64,000 nucleotides of DNA from an uncultured Mycobacterium sp. (GCA_964535335.1 CAZHUU010000001.1:6563-70562), one strand, 5' to 3'. Counted from the first letter of the stretch, positions 39,223 to 51,519 are shown. Translations and numbers: made by a program. Notes: generated from the sequence alone by a model not told the origin.

Positions 39223-40332
39223 CTAGACCAGGCGGTCGGCGATCGTCGACTCCGCTAACTGCGACAGACCCTCGCGGACGTGGCGCGCCCACATCGCGCC
39301 GATGCCCTCGACCGACTGCAGATCCGTGGCGCTGGCCGCCAGCAGACCCTGCAGCGAGCCGAACCGGCGCACCAGCAGATCGACGTGGGCGAACTGCAGG
39401 CGCGGGATGTCGGCCATCGCGCGGTAGCCGCGGGCGCTGAGCGCCGAGTCCTGGGCCTCCGCGGTGGAGGGGTAGCCGAACACCCGCGACAGCGCGGTGA
39501 AGTCCAGCAGTTCGGTGTCGGACAGCGAGTCCAGCTCGGCCAGCGTCGCGGCCACCTGGGACTTGGACGGCGGGTCCGGATTGGCGTGATAATCGCGGAC
39601 GATCAGCTCGCGCGCGGTGTCGTTGCCGCCCAGCAGCTCTTCCAGCTGCAGCCGCAGCTGGCGACCGTCGGTGCCGAGTTCCACAGCGTCATAATCGATT
39701 TCGAGACCGATCCGACGGACCATCTCCAGCCGCTGCACCACGGTCATCACGTCGCGCAGCGTGACGAAGTCCTCGATCTCGGCGGTGGACAGCTGCCGCG
39801 ACACCTCGTCCAACCGGGCCTTGTAACGCTCCAGGGTCGCGATCGCCTGGTTGGCGCGCGACAGGATGGTGGCCGAGTCGGCCACCACATGCCGCTCACC
39901 GGCGACGTACACCGTCACGATGTTCATCGAGTGGCTCACCGAGATCACCGGATAGCCGGTCTGGATCGCGGCGCGCTCGGCGGACCGGTGCCGGGTGCCG
40001 GACTCGTCGGTGGGAATGGTCGGGTCGGGCACCAGCTGGACGTTGGCCCGGACGATGCGGTTGCCGTCGGTGGACAGGATCACCGCGCCGTCCATCTTGG
40101 ACAGCTCCCGCAGCCGGGTCGGGGCGAACCGGACATCCAGCGCGAACCCGCCGTCACAGATGGTTTCCACGCGCTCGTCGTAACCCAGCACGATCAACGC
40201 GCCGGTGCGGCCGCGCAGGATGCGCTCCAGTCCGTCGCGGAGCGCGGTGCCCGGCGCCAGCCGCCCGATAGTCTCGCGCAGCGTGGCCGCCGTCGGCGGT
40301 GCCGACCCGTTGGACCGGCTAACGGTGCTCAC
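39223..40332 (-). CDS. disA: DNA integrity scanning diadenylate cyclase
   Basis: DGA and RHR DAC motifs, C-terminal HhH. Confidence 0.95.
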   Translation of the reverse strand: MSTVSRSNGSAPPTAATLRETIGRLAPGTALRDGLERILRGRTGALIVLGYDERVETICDGGFALDVRFAPTRLRELSKMDGAVILSTDGNRIVRANVQLVPDPTIPTDESGTRHRSAERAAIQTGYPVISVSHSMNIVTVYVAGERHVVADSATILSRANQAIATLERYKARLDEVSRQLSTAEIEDFVTLRDVMTVVQRLEMVRRIGLEIDYDAVELGTDGRQLRLQLEELLGGNDTARELIVRDYHANPDPPSKSQVAATLAELDSLSDTELLDFTALSRVFGYPSTAEAQDSALSARGYRAMADIPRLQFAHVDLLVRRFGSLQGLLAASATDLQSVEGIGAMWARHVREGLSQLAESTIADRLV

Positions 40333-41777
40333 AGCTGTTCATTGTCCATCGTGCCGGCGCCTCTGTCGTGCGAGTCCCGCCGATTCCGCTGCAGGGGGCG
40401 CACCACCGGCAGTTCCGCGACCGCCAGCATGGCGCGCAGCGCATCGACGATCGTCGCGCATTCCAGGGCGCGCAGACCCTTGGGCACGGTTCCGCAACCC
40501 ACCGGGACCAGTGCGGTGGTGAACCCCAGCCGGGCCGCTTCGGCCAACCGCCGGTCCATGCCGGTGACCCGACGCAGGTCACCGGCCAGACCCACCTCAC
40601 CGAACACCACCATGGTTGCGGGCAGCGCCCGATCGAAGGCGGCCGACGCCATCGCCATGGCCACCGCGAGATCCGACGACGGGTCCGTCAGCCGCATCCC
40701 ACCCACCGTGGACAGGTAGATGTCGTTCGCGCTCACCTTCAGGTTCGCCCGCTTGTCGAGCACCGCGGTGATCATCGCCGTGCGGGCGTGGTCGACACCG
40801 CTGACCGCGCGGCGCGGCGAGGCCACGTTGGTGGGCGGGGCGAGCAGTGCCTGGATCTCGCCGATCAGCGGGCGTTTGCCGTCCAGGCTCACCGTCACCG
40901 CGGTGCCGGACACCGGGCTCGGCCGCTGGTCGAGGAACAGTCCCGATGGGTCGGCTACCCCCTCGATTCCGTTGTCGTGCAACAGAAAACAACCGACCTC
41001 GTCGGCGGCGCCGAATCGGTTCTTGATACCGCGGACCATCCGCAGCGCCGTGTTGCGGTCACCCTCGAAGTGCAACACGACGTCGACGAGATGCTCGAGT
41101 GATCGCGGGCCTGCGATGGCGCCGTCCTTGGTGACGTGTCCGACCAGAATCATCGCGATCCCGGTCGACTTCGCCGCGGCGGTCAGCGCCGTGGTCACCG
41201 CGCGCACCTGCGTCACCCCGCCGACGACGCCGTCGGTGTCCCCAGCCGTCATGGTCTGCACCGAGTCGACGATCACCAGACCCGGTTGCACGGCGTCCAG
41301 GTGGCCCAGCACGGTGTGCACGTCGGCCTCGGCGGCCAGGAAGACCTCGTCGTGGGCACATCCGGTGCGTTCGGCACGCATGCGGATCTGCCCCGCCGAC
41401 TCCTCTCCGGATACGTAGAGCGCCCGGCGCCCGAACTGCGCCCATCGATGGGCCACCTCGAGCAGCAGTGTCGACTTGCCGACTCCGGGATCCCCGGCCA
41501 GCAGGGTGACCGACCCGGGCACCACGCCGCCGCCCAGTACCCGATCGAGTTCGGTTATGCCGGTGGGGAAGTGACGGGTGCGGTCGGGGTTGATGGAACT
41601 GATCGGAACGGCGGGCGACGACGGCACCACCGAGCGATGCGGAGAACCGCCGACCGCGGCGAGTGCGACCACCTCGTCAACGGTTCCCCAGGTGCCGCAT
41701 TCCGGGCATCGGCCCACCCACTTGGCGCTGATGTGGCGGCATTCCGAACAGCGATACTGGGAACGTGCCTTGGCCAC
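40329..41777 (-). CDS. radA: DNA repair protein RadA/Sms
   Basis: CxxC..CxxC zinc finger, [14 protein letters not shown]. Confidence 0.96.
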   Translation of the reverse strand: MAKARSQYRCSECRHISAKWVGRCPECGTWGTVDEVVALAAVGGSPHRSVVPSSPAVPISSINPDRTRHFPTGITELDRVLGGGVVPGSVTLLAGDPGVGKSTLLLEVAHRWAQFGRRALYVSGEESAGQIRMRAERTGCAHDEVFLAAEADVHTVLGHLDAVQPGLVIVDSVQTMTAGDTDGVVGGVTQVRAVTTALTAAAKSTGIAMILVGHVTKDGAIAGPRSLEHLVDVVLHFEGDRNTALRMVRGIKNRFGAADEVGCFLLHDNGIEGVADPSGLFLDQRPSPVSGTAVTVSLDGKRPLIGEIQALLAPPTNVASPRRAVSGVDHARTAMITAVLDKRANLKVSANDIYLSTVGGMRLTDPSSDLAVAMAMASAAFDRALPATMVVFGEVGLAGDLRRVTGMDRRLAEAARLGFTTALVPVGCGTVPKGLRALECATIVDALRAMLAVAELPVVRPLQRNRRDSHDRGAGTMDNEQL

Positions 41778-41783
41778 GCCGTG

Positions 41784-41805
41784 AGGCTATCGGGTTGCTA
41801 CGACA
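41784..41805 (-). promoter_or_regulatory. PafBC/RecA-NDp-type DNA-damage promoter of radA-disA
   Basis: Minus strand TGTCGT-N10-TAGCCT (consensus TGTCGG-N10-TANNNT), 6 nt before GTG, so probably leaderless. Confidence 0.75.
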
Positions 41806-41870
41806 CTTCGGCGGATTCGCCGGCCTGTGTCCGGAGCGCGGAAAACCGCCCCCGTGCACCCGCCGCGGGA

Positions 41871-42422
41871 TTACTCGTGGGCGGCTGACGCGACCTCTTG
41901 GCGGGGTGCGGCACCCGCGGAGATCGGCACCTGGATCTTGGCCTGGCCGGCCTTGTCGAAGGTGAAGGTGAAGCCATAGGTCAGGCCGTTGGTGATCGGC
42001 TGGCTCAGCATCACCTCGGCCTTGGCGCCCTCGGTCGACGCCAGCGGGCTGGCCTCGGTCGTGCGGTCGGCCGAGCCGACGATCAGCGAGGTGTTGGCCG
42101 GGATGGCCAGGTCGCCGGTGATGCTGACCGAACCGATGTCCGAGGTGACACCGAGCAGCTTGTCGTTGACGTCCCCCGAGGTGTTGACCGCGGCGAAGAC
42201 CAGCTCCACGGTGCGGCCGGGTTTGAGGAAGTCGCCGGTCTGCACCGCCTGCAGGTGCACGTTGCGCAGCGCGATGTTCTTGACGTTGGCGGTCGAGCCG
42301 TTGACGGCCGACTCCTGGTCCGCGGTCTGGGAGATTTGCCCGGAACTGCATCCGGTGACGATCAGGCCGCAGGCGACGAGGCCCGCGGAAGCGGCGAAGA
42401 GGCGATTGGTCGGGCGATTCAC
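41871..42422 (-). CDS. lpqE: Lipoprotein LpqE (Rv3584)
   Basis: Lipobox VTGC followed by SSGQISQTA; synteny. Confidence 0.88.
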   Translation of the reverse strand: MNRPTNRLFAASAGLVACGLIVTGCSSGQISQTADQESAVNGSTANVKNIALRNVHLQAVQTGDFLKPGRTVELVFAAVNTSGDVNDKLLGVTSDIGSVSITGDLAIPANTSLIVGSADRTTEASPLASTEGAKAEVMLSQPITNGLTYGFTFTFDKAGQAKIQVPISAGAAPRQEVASAAHE

Positions 42423-42637
42423 AGCAGCCTCCTGCTTGGCCGGTGCGGTCGGCTCGGTGGCGGCCCCCGCGGTTCGACTATGCAGAGTAGTAGGTCCGGG
42501 TCTCCGGCGGTAGCTGAGGGTGCCGACGACCCACCCATCGGCAGCTCACGACGTTGCTGGCACCGGCCCACCCAGCCGCCCCCGTGCACGAAATCGACAC
42601 CCTGTCAACCCCCATTCTTCATCAGCGGTGCCCCTGA

Positions 42638-43195
<558 letters not shown>

Positions 43196-43211
43196 TTGCC
43201 TGAGGGAGCCG

Positions 43212-43874
43212 GTGTCGGACACGGTCGCGGTCGTCACGGCGGCCGGCTCGGGTGAACGGCTGGGCGCCGGATTTCCGAAGGCGTTCGTCGAACTCGGTGG
43301 TCGCACCATGCTGGAACGTGCCGTGGACGGCGTCCTGGCATCCGGGGTGGTCGACCGGGTGATCGTCGCCGTACCGGCCGACCGGCTCGACGAGGCGAAA
43401 CTGCTGCTCGGTGATCGGGCCGTCGTGGTCGAGGGCGGCGCGGAACGCCCCGAGACGGTCAGCCGGGCGCTTGCGGCCGTCGGCGACTCCGAATACGTGC
43501 TCGTCCACGATGCTGCGCGGCCGTTGACCCCGATCGACCAGATCCAGCGGGTGGTCGCCGCCCTTCGCGAGGGCCTTCGGGCGGTCATCCCGGTGCTGCC
43601 GGTGGTCGACACGGTCAAGGCCGTCGACGCCAACGGCGTGGTGCTCGGCACCCCGGAGCGATCCGGGTTGCGGGCCGTGCAGACCCCGCAGGGTTTCGAG
43701 ACCGCGTTGCTGCGCCGGGCCTATGAGCGCTCGCCGGGCATCGCGGTCACCGACGACGCTTCCCTGGTCGAACACCTCGGGACTCCGGTCCACACCGTGG
43801 CGGGGGACACCCTCGCCTTCAAGATCACCACGCCGCTGGACCTCGCGCTGGCCCGGGCGGTGCTGAGCGGATGA
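43212..43874 (+). CDS. ispD: 2-C-methyl-D-erythritol 4-phosphate cytidylyltransferase
   Basis: [28 protein letters not shown]. Confidence 0.95.
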   Translation: MSDTVAVVTAAGSGERLGAGFPKAFVELGGRTMLERAVDGVLASGVVDRVIVAVPADRLDEAKLLLGDRAVVVEGGAERPETVSRALAAVGDSEYVLVHDAARPLTPIDQIQRVVAALREGLRAVIPVLPVVDTVKAVDANGVVLGTPERSGLRAVQTPQGFETALLRRAYERSPGIAVTDDASLVEHLGTPVHTVAGDTLAFKITTPLDLALARAVLSG

Positions 43875-44377
43875 GCGCACCGCTGCCCCGGGTCGGGCTC
43901 GGAACCGACGTGCACCCCATCGAAGCCGGCCGGCCGTGCTGGCTGGTGGGGTTGCTGTTCGACGGGGCGGACGGTTGCTCCGGGCACTCCGACGGCGACG
44001 TCGCCGTCCATGCACTTTGTGACGCGCTGCTGTCCGCGGCCGGGCTCGGCGACCTGGGGACGGTTTTCGGGGTGGATCAACCGCAGTGGCACGGTGCCAG
44101 CGGTGCCCAGATGCTCACCCACGTCCGCGACCTCCTCGCCAAGGCCGGCTACCGCACCGGAAATGCCGCCGTCCAGGTGATCGGCAATCGGCCGAAGGTG
44201 GGACCTCGGCGCGAGGAGGCCCAGCGGGTGCTGGGTGAGTTGCTGGGGGCGCCGGTATCGGTGTCGGCGACGACCACCGACGGTCTCGGTCTGACCGGCC
44301 GCGGCGAGGGAATCGCCGCCGTGGCGACGGCCTTGGTTTTCACCGCTTCGGCTCCGGTGCCGGATAACGCCGAATAG
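43871..44377 (+). CDS. ispF: MECDP synthase
   Basis: [26 protein letters not shown]. Confidence 0.95.
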   Translation: MSAPLPRVGLGTDVHPIEAGRPCWLVGLLFDGADGCSGHSDGDVAVHALCDALLSAAGLGDLGTVFGVDQPQWHGASGAQMLTHVRDLLAKAGYRTGNAAVQVIGNRPKVGPRREEAQRVLGELLGAPVSVSATTTDGLGLTGRGEGIAAVATALVFTASAPVPDNAE

Positions 44378-44396
44378 GCCGGTAAGCTGGCGCGTC

Positions 44397-45860
44397 GTGA
44401 CCGAAGGAGCCGCTGGGCCGGCGACATCTGGCGCCGGAGCCGCTGGGCCGGCGAACACCCGCGAGGGCCTGCGGCTCCATGACACCTACACCGGCGCGGT
44501 CCGCGAGTTCGTCCCGATCCGGCCCGGCCACGCGTCGATCTATCTCTGCGGCGCCACCGTCCAGGGCCTGCCGCACATCGGACACGTCCGCAGCGGTGTG
44601 GCGTTCGACGTCCTGCGCCGCTGGCTGCTGGCGAAGGGTTACGACGTCGCGTTCATCCGCAACGTCACCGACATCGACGACAAGATCCTTACCAAGGCCG
44701 CCGATGCCGACCGGCCGTGGTGGGAATGGGCGGCCACCCACGAGCGGGCCTTCTCGGCCGCCTATGACGCGCTCGGCGTCCTGCCCCCGTCGGCCGAGCC
44801 CCGCGCGACCGGACACATCACCCAGATCGTCGAGCTGATCCAGCAGCTGATCGACACCGGCCACGCCTACCCCGGGGCCGGCGACGTCTACTTCAACGTG
44901 CTGACGTTCCCGGACTACGGGAAGCTCTCCGGCCACCGCATCGAAGACGTGCATCAGGGCGAGGGAGTCGGGACCGGCAAACGCGACCAGCGCGACTTCA
45001 CCCTGTGGAAGGGCGCCAAACCGGGGGAGCCGTCCTGGCCGACGCCGTGGGGTCGCGGACGCCCGGGCTGGCACTCCGAATGTGTCGCCATGGCGCACGA
45101 GTACCTCGGTGCCGAGTTTGATATCCATTGCGGCGGAATGGATCTGGTCTTCCCGCATCACGAGAATGAGATCGCCCAGGCGCGTGCCGCCGGCGACGGG
45201 TTCGCCCGGTTCTGGCTGCACAACGGCTGGGTGACCATGGGCGGCGAGAAGATGAGCAAGTCGCTGGGCAACGTGCTCGCCATTCCCGCTGTGCTGCAAC
45301 GGGTCCGGCCCGCGGAGCTGCGGTACTACCTGGGCAGCGCGCACTACCGTTCGATGCTGGAATTCTCCGAGACCGCGCTGCAAGATGCCGTCAAGGCCTA
45401 CACCGGCATCGAGGAGTTCCTGCACCGCGTGCGGACCCGGGTCGGTGCGGTGGTGCCGACCACCTGGACCGAGCGGTTCGCCGCCGCACTCGACGATGAT
45501 CTCGCCGTGCCCGCGGCGCTGGCCGAGGTGCATGCCGCCCGCGCCGACGGTAATCGTGCGCTGGAGGCCGGTGACCACGAGACGGCGCTCGCCAAGGCCG
45601 GCCAGATCCGGGCGATGATGGCCATTCTGGGTTGCGATCCGCTCGATGAGCGCTGGGAGAGCCGCGACGAGACGTCGGCTGCCCTGGCAGCGGTCGACGT
45701 GCTGGTCCGCGCCGAACTGCAGCGCCGCGACGACGCCCGCCAACAGCGCGACTGGGCGGAGGCGGACAACATCCGGGATCGCCTCAAGGAGGCCGGCATC
45801 GAGGTCACCGACACCGCCGACGGTCCGCAGTGGGCCCTCCTGGACGGGGACACCAAGTAA
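44397..45860 (+). CDS. cysS: Cysteine--tRNA ligase
   Basis: [25 protein letters not shown]. Confidence 0.97.
   Translation: MTEGAAGPATSGAGAAGPANTREGLRLHDTYTGAVREFVPIRPGHASIYLCGATVQGLPHIGHVRSGVAFDVLRRWLLAKGYDVAFIRNVTDIDDKILTKAADADRPWWEWAATHERAFSAAYDALGVLPPSAEPRATGHITQIVELIQQLIDTGHAYPGAGDVYFNVLTFPDYGKLSGHRIEDVHQGEGVGTGKRDQRDFTLWKGAKPGEPSWPTPWGRGRPGWHSECVAMAHEYLGAEFDIHCGGMDLVFPHHENEIAQARAAGDGFARFWLHNGWVTMGGEKMSKSLGNVLAIPAVLQRVRPAELRYYLGSAHYRSMLEFSETALQDAVKAYTGIEEFLHRVRTRVGAVVPTTWTERFAAALDDDLAVPAALAEVHAARADGNRALEAGDHETALAKAGQIRAMMAILGCDPLDERWESRDETSAALAAVDVLVRAELQRRDDARQQRDWAEADNIRDRLKEAGIEVTDTADGPQWALLDGDTK
44406..44454 (+). repeat. 19-bp direct repeat with 30-bp period in the cysS 5' end
   Basis: GGAGCCGCTGGGCCGGCGA at 44406 and 44436. 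Confidence 0.85.
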
Positions 45861-46792
45861 TGGCCGGCAATTCGAGGCGTCGCGGCGCGGTCCGCAAGGC
45901 CGGGACGAAGAAGGGTCCGACCGTCGGCTCGGGCGGAGTGCGCCGGCGGGGCCTGGAAGGCCGGGGCGCGACCCCGCCCGCCCACATGCGACCGGGCCAT
46001 CCGGCCGCCAAGCGGGCCGCCAAGGCGGTCCGCAAACCGGCGAAGCCGACCGACGAGACCGAGATCGTCCTCGGGCGCAACCCGGTGCTGGAATGCCTGC
46101 GTGCCGATGCACCGGCATCGGCGCTCTATGTCGCCCTCGGTGCCGAGGCCGACGAGCGGATGACCGAGTCGGTGACGCTGGCCGCCGATCGTGGCATCCC
46201 GATTCTCGAAGTGCCGCGTACCGATCTGGACCGGATGAGTTCCAACGGGCTGCATCAGGGCCTGGCCCTCCAGGTACCGCCGTACGCCTACGCGCATCCG
46301 GATGACCTGTTGGCGGCCGCGACGAATGACTACCAGCCCGCCCTGCTGGTGGCACTGGACAACATCTCCGATCCGCGCAATCTCGGCGCCATCGTGCGCT
46401 CCGTCGCCGCCTTCGCCGGGCATGGTGTGCTCATCCCGCAGCGCCGTTCGGCGTCGGTGACGGCGGTGGCCTGGCGGACCAGCGCCGGTGCGGCCGCCCG
46501 GGTGCCGATCGCGCGCGCCACCAACCTCACCCGCACGCTCAAGGAGTGGGCCGACGCCGGCGTGCAGATCGTCGGCCTCGACGCCGGCGGCGACACCGTC
46601 GTCGACGACTTCGACGCGTCCGGACCACTGGTGCTGGTCGTCGGGTCCGAAGGCAAGGGCCTGTCTCGGCTGGTGCGCCAGAACTGCGACACCGTAGTGT
46701 CCATTCCGATGGCCGGCCCGACCGAATCGCTGAACGCTTCGGTGGCGGCCGGTGTGGTGCTGGCCGAGATCGCGCGCCAGCGTCGCCGCTAG
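45860..46792 (+). CDS. rlmB: 23S rRNA Gm2251 methyltransferase
   Basis: HQG, DPRNLGA, GSEGKG, SLNASVA SPOUT motifs. Confidence 0.93.
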   Translation: MAGNSRRRGAVRKAGTKKGPTVGSGGVRRRGLEGRGATPPAHMRPGHPAAKRAAKAVRKPAKPTDETEIVLGRNPVLECLRADAPASALYVALGAEADERMTESVTLAADRGIPILEVPRTDLDRMSSNGLHQGLALQVPPYAYAHPDDLLAAATNDYQPALLVALDNISDPRNLGAIVRSVAAFAGHGVLIPQRRSASVTAVAWRTSAGAAARVPIARATNLTRTLKEWADAGVQIVGLDAGGDTVVDDFDASGPLVLVVGSEGKGLSRLVRQNCDTVVSIPMAGPTESLNASVAAGVVLAEIARQRRR

Positions 46793-46813
46793 CCCCCGAC
46801 CGCTCGCCGCCGG

Positions 46814-48052
46814 CTAGACGCCGATCACGTGGACACCGGCCCATAAGGCCACCACCGCGACGACCAGGCATGCCGGTACGGTCAGCAGTCCCAGCCAGGT
46901 GAACTCCCGCACGCTGGTCTGCTCACCGTGGTGGTGTAACACCCTGCGCCACAGCAGGTTTGCCAACGAGCCGACGTAGGTCAGGTTCGGGCCTATGTTC
47001 ACGCCGATCAGCACCGCCAGCACGGCAGGCGCCCCGCTCACCAAGGGCAGCAGCACCAGGACCGCCGGCAGGTTGTTGACGAGGTTCGACAGCACCGCGG
47101 CCAGTGCCGCGATACCCAGTAGGGTGGCCAGGCCGTTCCCGGACGGCAGCAGATCACGGGCAGCGGAGTCCAGACCGTTGACCATGACCGCCTTGACCAC
47201 CACCGCCAGCGCGAGCACGAAGAGGCAGAACGGCAGGTTCAGCGAGCGGGTGATCCCGCCGATGGTGCTGCGCCGCTGGGCAATCGAGCGGACACCCAGG
47301 ACGAGGGCACCGGCCAGTGCGGCCCACGCCGGGGACAGGCCTGCGAACGAGGTCACCGTAAAGCCGATCAGGGTCAGCGCCAGCACCACGAGCACGAACA
47401 CCGGGCGCGCACCGTCGGGCGGCGCAGCGGTGCTCGGTGTCTCGGCGAGGTCGCGTCGGAACACCAGCCGGAACACCGCGTACTCGACGGCCACCGCCAG
47501 CAGCCACGGCGCGGCCATCAACACGCTGAATCGGGTGAACGACAGGCCGGCGGCTCCGAACGCCAGCAGATTGGTCAGATTCGATACCGGCAACAGCAGC
47601 GAGGCGGTGTTCGAAAGGTGTGCCGTCGCATACAGATGCGGACGGGTCGGCACCCGTAGCCCGCGCACCGTCGCCAGGACCACGGGTGTCAGCAGCACCA
47701 CCGTGGCGTCCAAGCTGAGGATCGCCGTCGTCGCCGCCGCGATCACGAACACCTGGCCGAGCAGCCGGTGCGGCCGGCCCGAGCTGGTACGGGCCATCCA
47801 TGCTCCGGCCGCATCGAACAGTCCCTCGTCGTCACAGAGGCCGGCCAGCACCAGGATCGTCGCCAGAAAGGCGACGACCGGAAGCATGCGGCCCATCTCG
47901 GTGAGCGCGTCGTCCGCCGACACCGCGCCGGTGATCACCACCGCCACCGCCGCCGGAACCGCCAGCACCGCTTCGGACCATCCGGTCGGGTGCGCGATCG
48001 CGAAGATCAGCACACCCGCCAGCAGGACCAGCGAGACGATCAGGAGCGTCAA
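46814..48052 (-). CDS. arsB2: ArsB/SLC13-family permease (Rv3578 ArsB2)
   Basis: SLDATVVLLTP, LPVSNLTN, NNLPA, GVNIGPN; TTG start. Confidence 0.82.
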   Translation of the reverse strand: MTLLIVSLVLLAGVLIFAIAHPTGWSEAVLAVPAAVAVVITGAVSADDALTEMGRMLPVVAFLATILVLAGLCDDEGLFDAAGAWMARTSSGRPHRLLGQVFVIAAATTAILSLDATVVLLTPVVLATVRGLRVPTRPHLYATAHLSNTASLLLPVSNLTNLLAFGAAGLSFTRFSVLMAAPWLLAVAVEYAVFRLVFRRDLAETPSTAAPPDGARPVFVLVVLALTLIGFTVTSFAGLSPAWAALAGALVLGVRSIAQRRSTIGGITRSLNLPFCLFVLALAVVVKAVMVNGLDSAARDLLPSGNGLATLLGIAALAAVLSNLVNNLPAVLVLLPLVSGAPAVLAVLIGVNIGPNLTYVGSLANLLWRRVLHHHGEQTSVREFTWLGLLTVPACLVVAVVALWAGVHVIGV

Positions 48053-48055
48053 CGC

Positions 48056-48976
48056 TCAGACCCAGGGATCGGCGCGCTGCCACAGCGTCGGCATGCTCAG
48101 CGCCACCCCGTCCCGTTCGGCGAGCCGCGACAGGATCCGAGTCGACACGTCGAGGTCGTCGATGGCATAGGGCAGGGTCCGCACCGGCTCGGTCAGCGGG
48201 CGGAAGAAGTCGTCCCAGTGGATGAGCACCACACGGCGCGCGCCGACCGCACCGACAGTCTCGTTCCAGTACTGCGTGATGTACTCCTCGGGCTGCACGC
48301 CGAGCTGGCCGGCACCCAGATACGCGACCTCGGCCCGCTGACCGTCCAGCGCGCCCGCCACGAAGCCGGCGCTGCCCTGGATCAGCAGCCGCCGGTCACT
48401 CGGCGCGTGATGAATGAGCGTCGACCAGGCTTCCCCGCATCGGTACGCCGACGCCTTCACCGGCGGGACGACGGGTTCGGTGATCTCGCCGGGGAAGCGA
48501 TCCGGCGGACAGTGGTGCGACTCGATCAGCGTCACGGCGAACGGACCGAGTGTCACCGCCTCACCCGGTGTGGCAATGACGATGTCCTCGTTCGAAAGGC
48601 CATGTCCACGTCCGACATTGGCCGCTGACTCACCACCGACCAGTCGGGCGCCTGTGCGCCGGGCCACCACCGCGGAATCCAGTACGTGGTCGTAGTGGGT
48701 ATGCACCGGCAACACCGCGGCGAGCCGGTTGACCCCGGCCCGGGTCAGCGCGTCGTCGATCCTGGACTCCGACGGTGTCAGTCGCCCCAGTCCGACCTCG
48801 ACAAGACTTGGGCGAGAGAAGAAGCCGTCGGTCATCACCGCCGAGGTACCGTCGTCGACCAGCAGCGTCGAGACCCCCAGCCAGGTGACCGACAATGCGG
48901 CGTCCGGTTCGGCGTCGGCGAGGTCGAAGCGCTCCCGGTAGTCGCCGATGTCCGGGCGGCCGAATTTCAGCCGCAT
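48056..48976 (-). CDS. MBL-fold metallohydrolase (Rv3577)
   Basis: HTHYDH, HWDDF. Confidence 0.88.
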   Translation of the reverse strand: MRLKFGRPDIGDYRERFDLADAEPDAALSVTWLGVSTLLVDDGTSAVMTDGFFSRPSLVEVGLGRLTPSESRIDDALTRAGVNRLAAVLPVHTHYDHVLDSAVVARRTGARLVGGESAANVGRGHGLSNEDIVIATPGEAVTLGPFAVTLIESHHCPPDRFPGEITEPVVPPVKASAYRCGEAWSTLIHHAPSDRRLLIQGSAGFVAGALDGQRAEVAYLGAGQLGVQPEEYITQYWNETVGAVGARRVVLIHWDDFFRPLTEPVRTLPYAIDDLDVSTRILSRLAERDGVALSMPTLWQRADPWV

Positions 48977-49734
48977 CAGATGAAGGCAGTCAGTTCGATA
49001 CCGTCGGCCAGCAGGCGTTTGCGTACCGCGGTGGCGATCTCCACCGCACCCGGTGAATCGCCATGCACACAAACGGATTCCACCTGCACATCGATGATCG
49101 AGCCGTCGACGGCGGTGACCCGGCCGGAGGTCACCATCGCCGCGACGCGCTCGGCGATCTGGGTCGGGTCGTGCAGCACGGCACCCTGCTCCCGTCGCGA
49201 CACCAGCTGCCCGTCCGGGCGGTAGGCACGATCGGCGAAGGCCTCGGCGACGGTGCGCAGCCCGAGGCGCCGGGCCTCTTCGAAGAACACCGACTCGGAT
49301 AGGCCCAGGACCGGAAGCCCAGGGTCGACGGTATGTACGGCGGTGGCGACCGCACGGGCCTGCTCGCGGTCTTTGACGATCGTGTTGTACAGCGCGCCAT
49401 GGGGTTTGACGTAGCCGACCGTTGATCCGGCGGCCTGGGCCAAGGCCTGCAGCGCGCCGATCTGGTAGATGACGTCGGCGGTCAGCTCGTCCGGGTCCAC
49501 GTCGATGTAGCGGCGCCCGAAACCGCCCAGGTCGTGGTAGGCGACCTGGGCCCCGATACGCACGCCGGAGGCCGCTGCGGATCGGCAGGTGCCCGCCAGC
49601 CGCAGCGGGTCACCGGCGTGGAAGCCGCAGGCGATGTTGGCGCTGGTGACGATGTCGAGCATGGCGTCGTCGTCGCCGAGCTCCCATATCCCGAAGCTCT
49701 CGCCCAGGTCCGCGTTCAGGTCGACAGATTCCAC
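48976..49734 (-). CDS. pxpA: LamB/YcsF family protein (5-oxoprolinase subunit A)
   Basis: DLNADLGES, ACGFHAGDP, KPHGALYN, CVHGD. Confidence 0.88.
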   Translation of the reverse strand: MESVDLNADLGESFGIWELGDDDAMLDIVTSANIACGFHAGDPLRLAGTCRSAAASGVRIGAQVAYHDLGGFGRRYIDVDPDELTADVIYQIGALQALAQAAGSTVGYVKPHGALYNTIVKDREQARAVATAVHTVDPGLPVLGLSESVFFEEARRLGLRTVAEAFADRAYRPDGQLVSRREQGAVLHDPTQIAERVAAMVTSGRVTAVDGSIIDVQVESVCVHGDSPGAVEIATAVRKRLLADGIELTAFI

Positions 49735-49772
49735 CCGGCCAGCCTAGGCGCACGCCGTGGCATCACGCCCCC

Positions 49773-49825
49773 AGATCGACATGAGGGTCGCCGATCCGCG
49801 CGAACCGCAGCCCTGAGGTGGATTT
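49773..49825. repeat. Degenerate REP-like inverted repeat
   Basis: AGATCGACATGAGGGTCG ... CAGCCCTGAGGTGGATTT, about 14 of 18 positions pair including G-T. Confidence 0.35.
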
Positions 49826-49838
49826 CGCGGACCGCTGA

Positions 49839-50705
49839 TCAGGCCGCCGCCGGGTCGTGGTGTCGCCGGCTCACCGCCCAGCACAGCAGGTAGATGACGA
49901 ACGAGATCGTTGTGACGAACACCGACACCGGCACCCCGGGCGCCAACGACAACACGATGCCCGCCACGGCCGACACCTCCGCGAACAGCACCGAGGCGAC
50001 CAGCACCGCGACCGGCGAACTGAACACCCGCGCCGCCGCCGCGGCCGGGGTGATCAGCAGTGACATCACCAGCAGCGCACCGACGATCTGCACCCCCTGT
50101 GCGGCGACGACACCCACCAGCGCGGCGAACACGATGCCCAGTGCGCGCACCGGAACACCCCGCGCCGCAGCCACTTCGGGATCCGCGGTGGCGAACAGCA
50201 GCGGTCGGTAGCTCACCGCGAGAACCCCCACCACCAGCAGTGTCACCACCACCAGTAGCGCCAGCCCGGAGTATCCGACACCGACGATCTGCCCGGTCAG
50301 CAGCGCGAAGCTGGTCCCGCTGCGGCCCGGGTAGAGGTGGATGAACAGCACGGCCAGGCCGAGGCCGAAGGCCAGCACCACGCCGATCGCCGAGTCGCGC
50401 TCCCGGGCCCGCTGGCCGAGCACACCGAACAGGACCGCGGCCAGTCCGCAGCCGACGAGCGCACCGATTCCCACGTTGAAGCCGGCCAGCAGCGCGAACG
50501 AGGCACCCGTCAGTGAGAGCTCGCTGGAGCCGTGCACCGCGAACGACATCTGTCGCATGACGATGAAGGGCCCGATCAGACCGGCGACCAGGGCCAGCAG
50601 CGCGGCGGCCAGCAATGCCTGCTGGACGAAGTCGCGGCTGAGCAGGTCCGCGGTGATGTGGAAGGACAGCAGGTTGTCCAGCAGGTGGCCGAGCTTGTCA
50701 GTCAT
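49839..50705 (-). CDS. znuB: Zn/Mn ABC transporter permease (ZnuB-like)
   Basis: DPEVAAARG loop, VGALLV, hydrophobic. Confidence 0.88.
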   Translation of the reverse strand: MTDKLGHLLDNLLSFHITADLLSRDFVQQALLAAALLALVAGLIGPFIVMRQMSFAVHGSSELSLTGASFALLAGFNVGIGALVGCGLAAVLFGVLGQRARERDSAIGVVLAFGLGLAVLFIHLYPGRSGTSFALLTGQIVGVGYSGLALLVVVTLLVVGVLAVSYRPLLFATADPEVAAARGVPVRALGIVFAALVGVVAAQGVQIVGALLVMSLLITPAAAAARVFSSPVAVLVASVLFAEVSAVAGIVLSLAPGVPVSVFVTTISFVIYLLCWAVSRRHHDPAAA

Positions 50706-51510
50706 GGGTGTGCCCGCTGGCATGTCCGGAGTGGTCGGTGTGCTCTCCCACCACGACGTAGCGGTTGCCGACCTGCACTACCTGGATATCGGCCTGGTAG
50801 AGCTCCGAGAGCGTTGCGGATTTCATCACCTCGGCGACGGTGCCGACCAGGAAGCGTCCGTCGACCAGATACAGCACCCGGTCGACGTACGGCAGCACCG
50901 GATTCACCTCGTGCGTCACGAACATCACCGCGGTGCCGGCAGTGCGGCGCTGGTTGATGAGGGATGCGACCAGCCGCGCGTTTGCGGGATCGAGGTTCAG
51001 CAGCGGTTCGTCGCACAGCAGCAGCACCGGGTCGCTGGCGAGCGCCTGCGCGATCCGCACCCGCTGCAGTTCGCCGCCGGACATCACGCCGACGCCGACC
51101 CGGGCCAGCCGCTCGGCGCGCACCTGCGCCAGGGCGCGGTTCACCGCGTCGCGGCGGCGGACGCGGTCGGCTCGGCGCAGTGGGGCCAGTCCCCAGCGGT
51201 GCCCATCGACCCCCAGCCGAACCAGGTCGGCTCCGCGCAGGCTCAGTCCGCGGTCCACGGCCCGGTGTTGCGGCACGTATCCGATCCGGTCGCTGCCCTT
51301 CTCGACCGGTGCGCCGTCGATCAGCGCGGTGCCCGCGCTCAGCGGCAGTTGGCCCAGCAGCACCTTCAGCAGTGAGGTTTTACCCGTGCCGTTGGGGCCG
51401 AGGATCGCGATGAACTCGCCGGCCGAGACCGTCAGATCGAGGTGATCCCACAACACCCGCTCGCCGAAGGCCAGCCGGGCGCCGGTCAATGAGACGACTT
51501 CGGCGCTCAC
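50698..51510 (-). CDS. znuC: Zn/Mn ABC transporter ATPase (ZnuC-like) with His-rich tail
   Basis: GPNGTGKT, GYVPQ, MSGGE, CDEP, C-terminal HTDHSGHASGHTHD. Confidence 0.9.
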   Translation of the reverse strand: MSAEVVSLTGARLAFGERVLWDHLDLTVSAGEFIAILGPNGTGKTSLLKVLLGQLPLSAGTALIDGAPVEKGSDRIGYVPQHRAVDRGLSLRGADLVRLGVDGHRWGLAPLRRADRVRRRDAVNRALAQVRAERLARVGVGVMSGGELQRVRIAQALASDPVLLLCDEPLLNLDPANARLVASLINQRRTAGTAVMFVTHEVNPVLPYVDRVLYLVDGRFLVGTVAEVMKSATLSELYQADIQVVQVGNRYVVVGEHTDHSGHASGHTHD

Positions 51511-51519
51511 AAGCAGCGA

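Noticed and set aside
39223-40332. Cyclic-dinucleotide cyclase as CBASS-like defence
   Set aside because: Housekeeping DisA in the radA-disA operon
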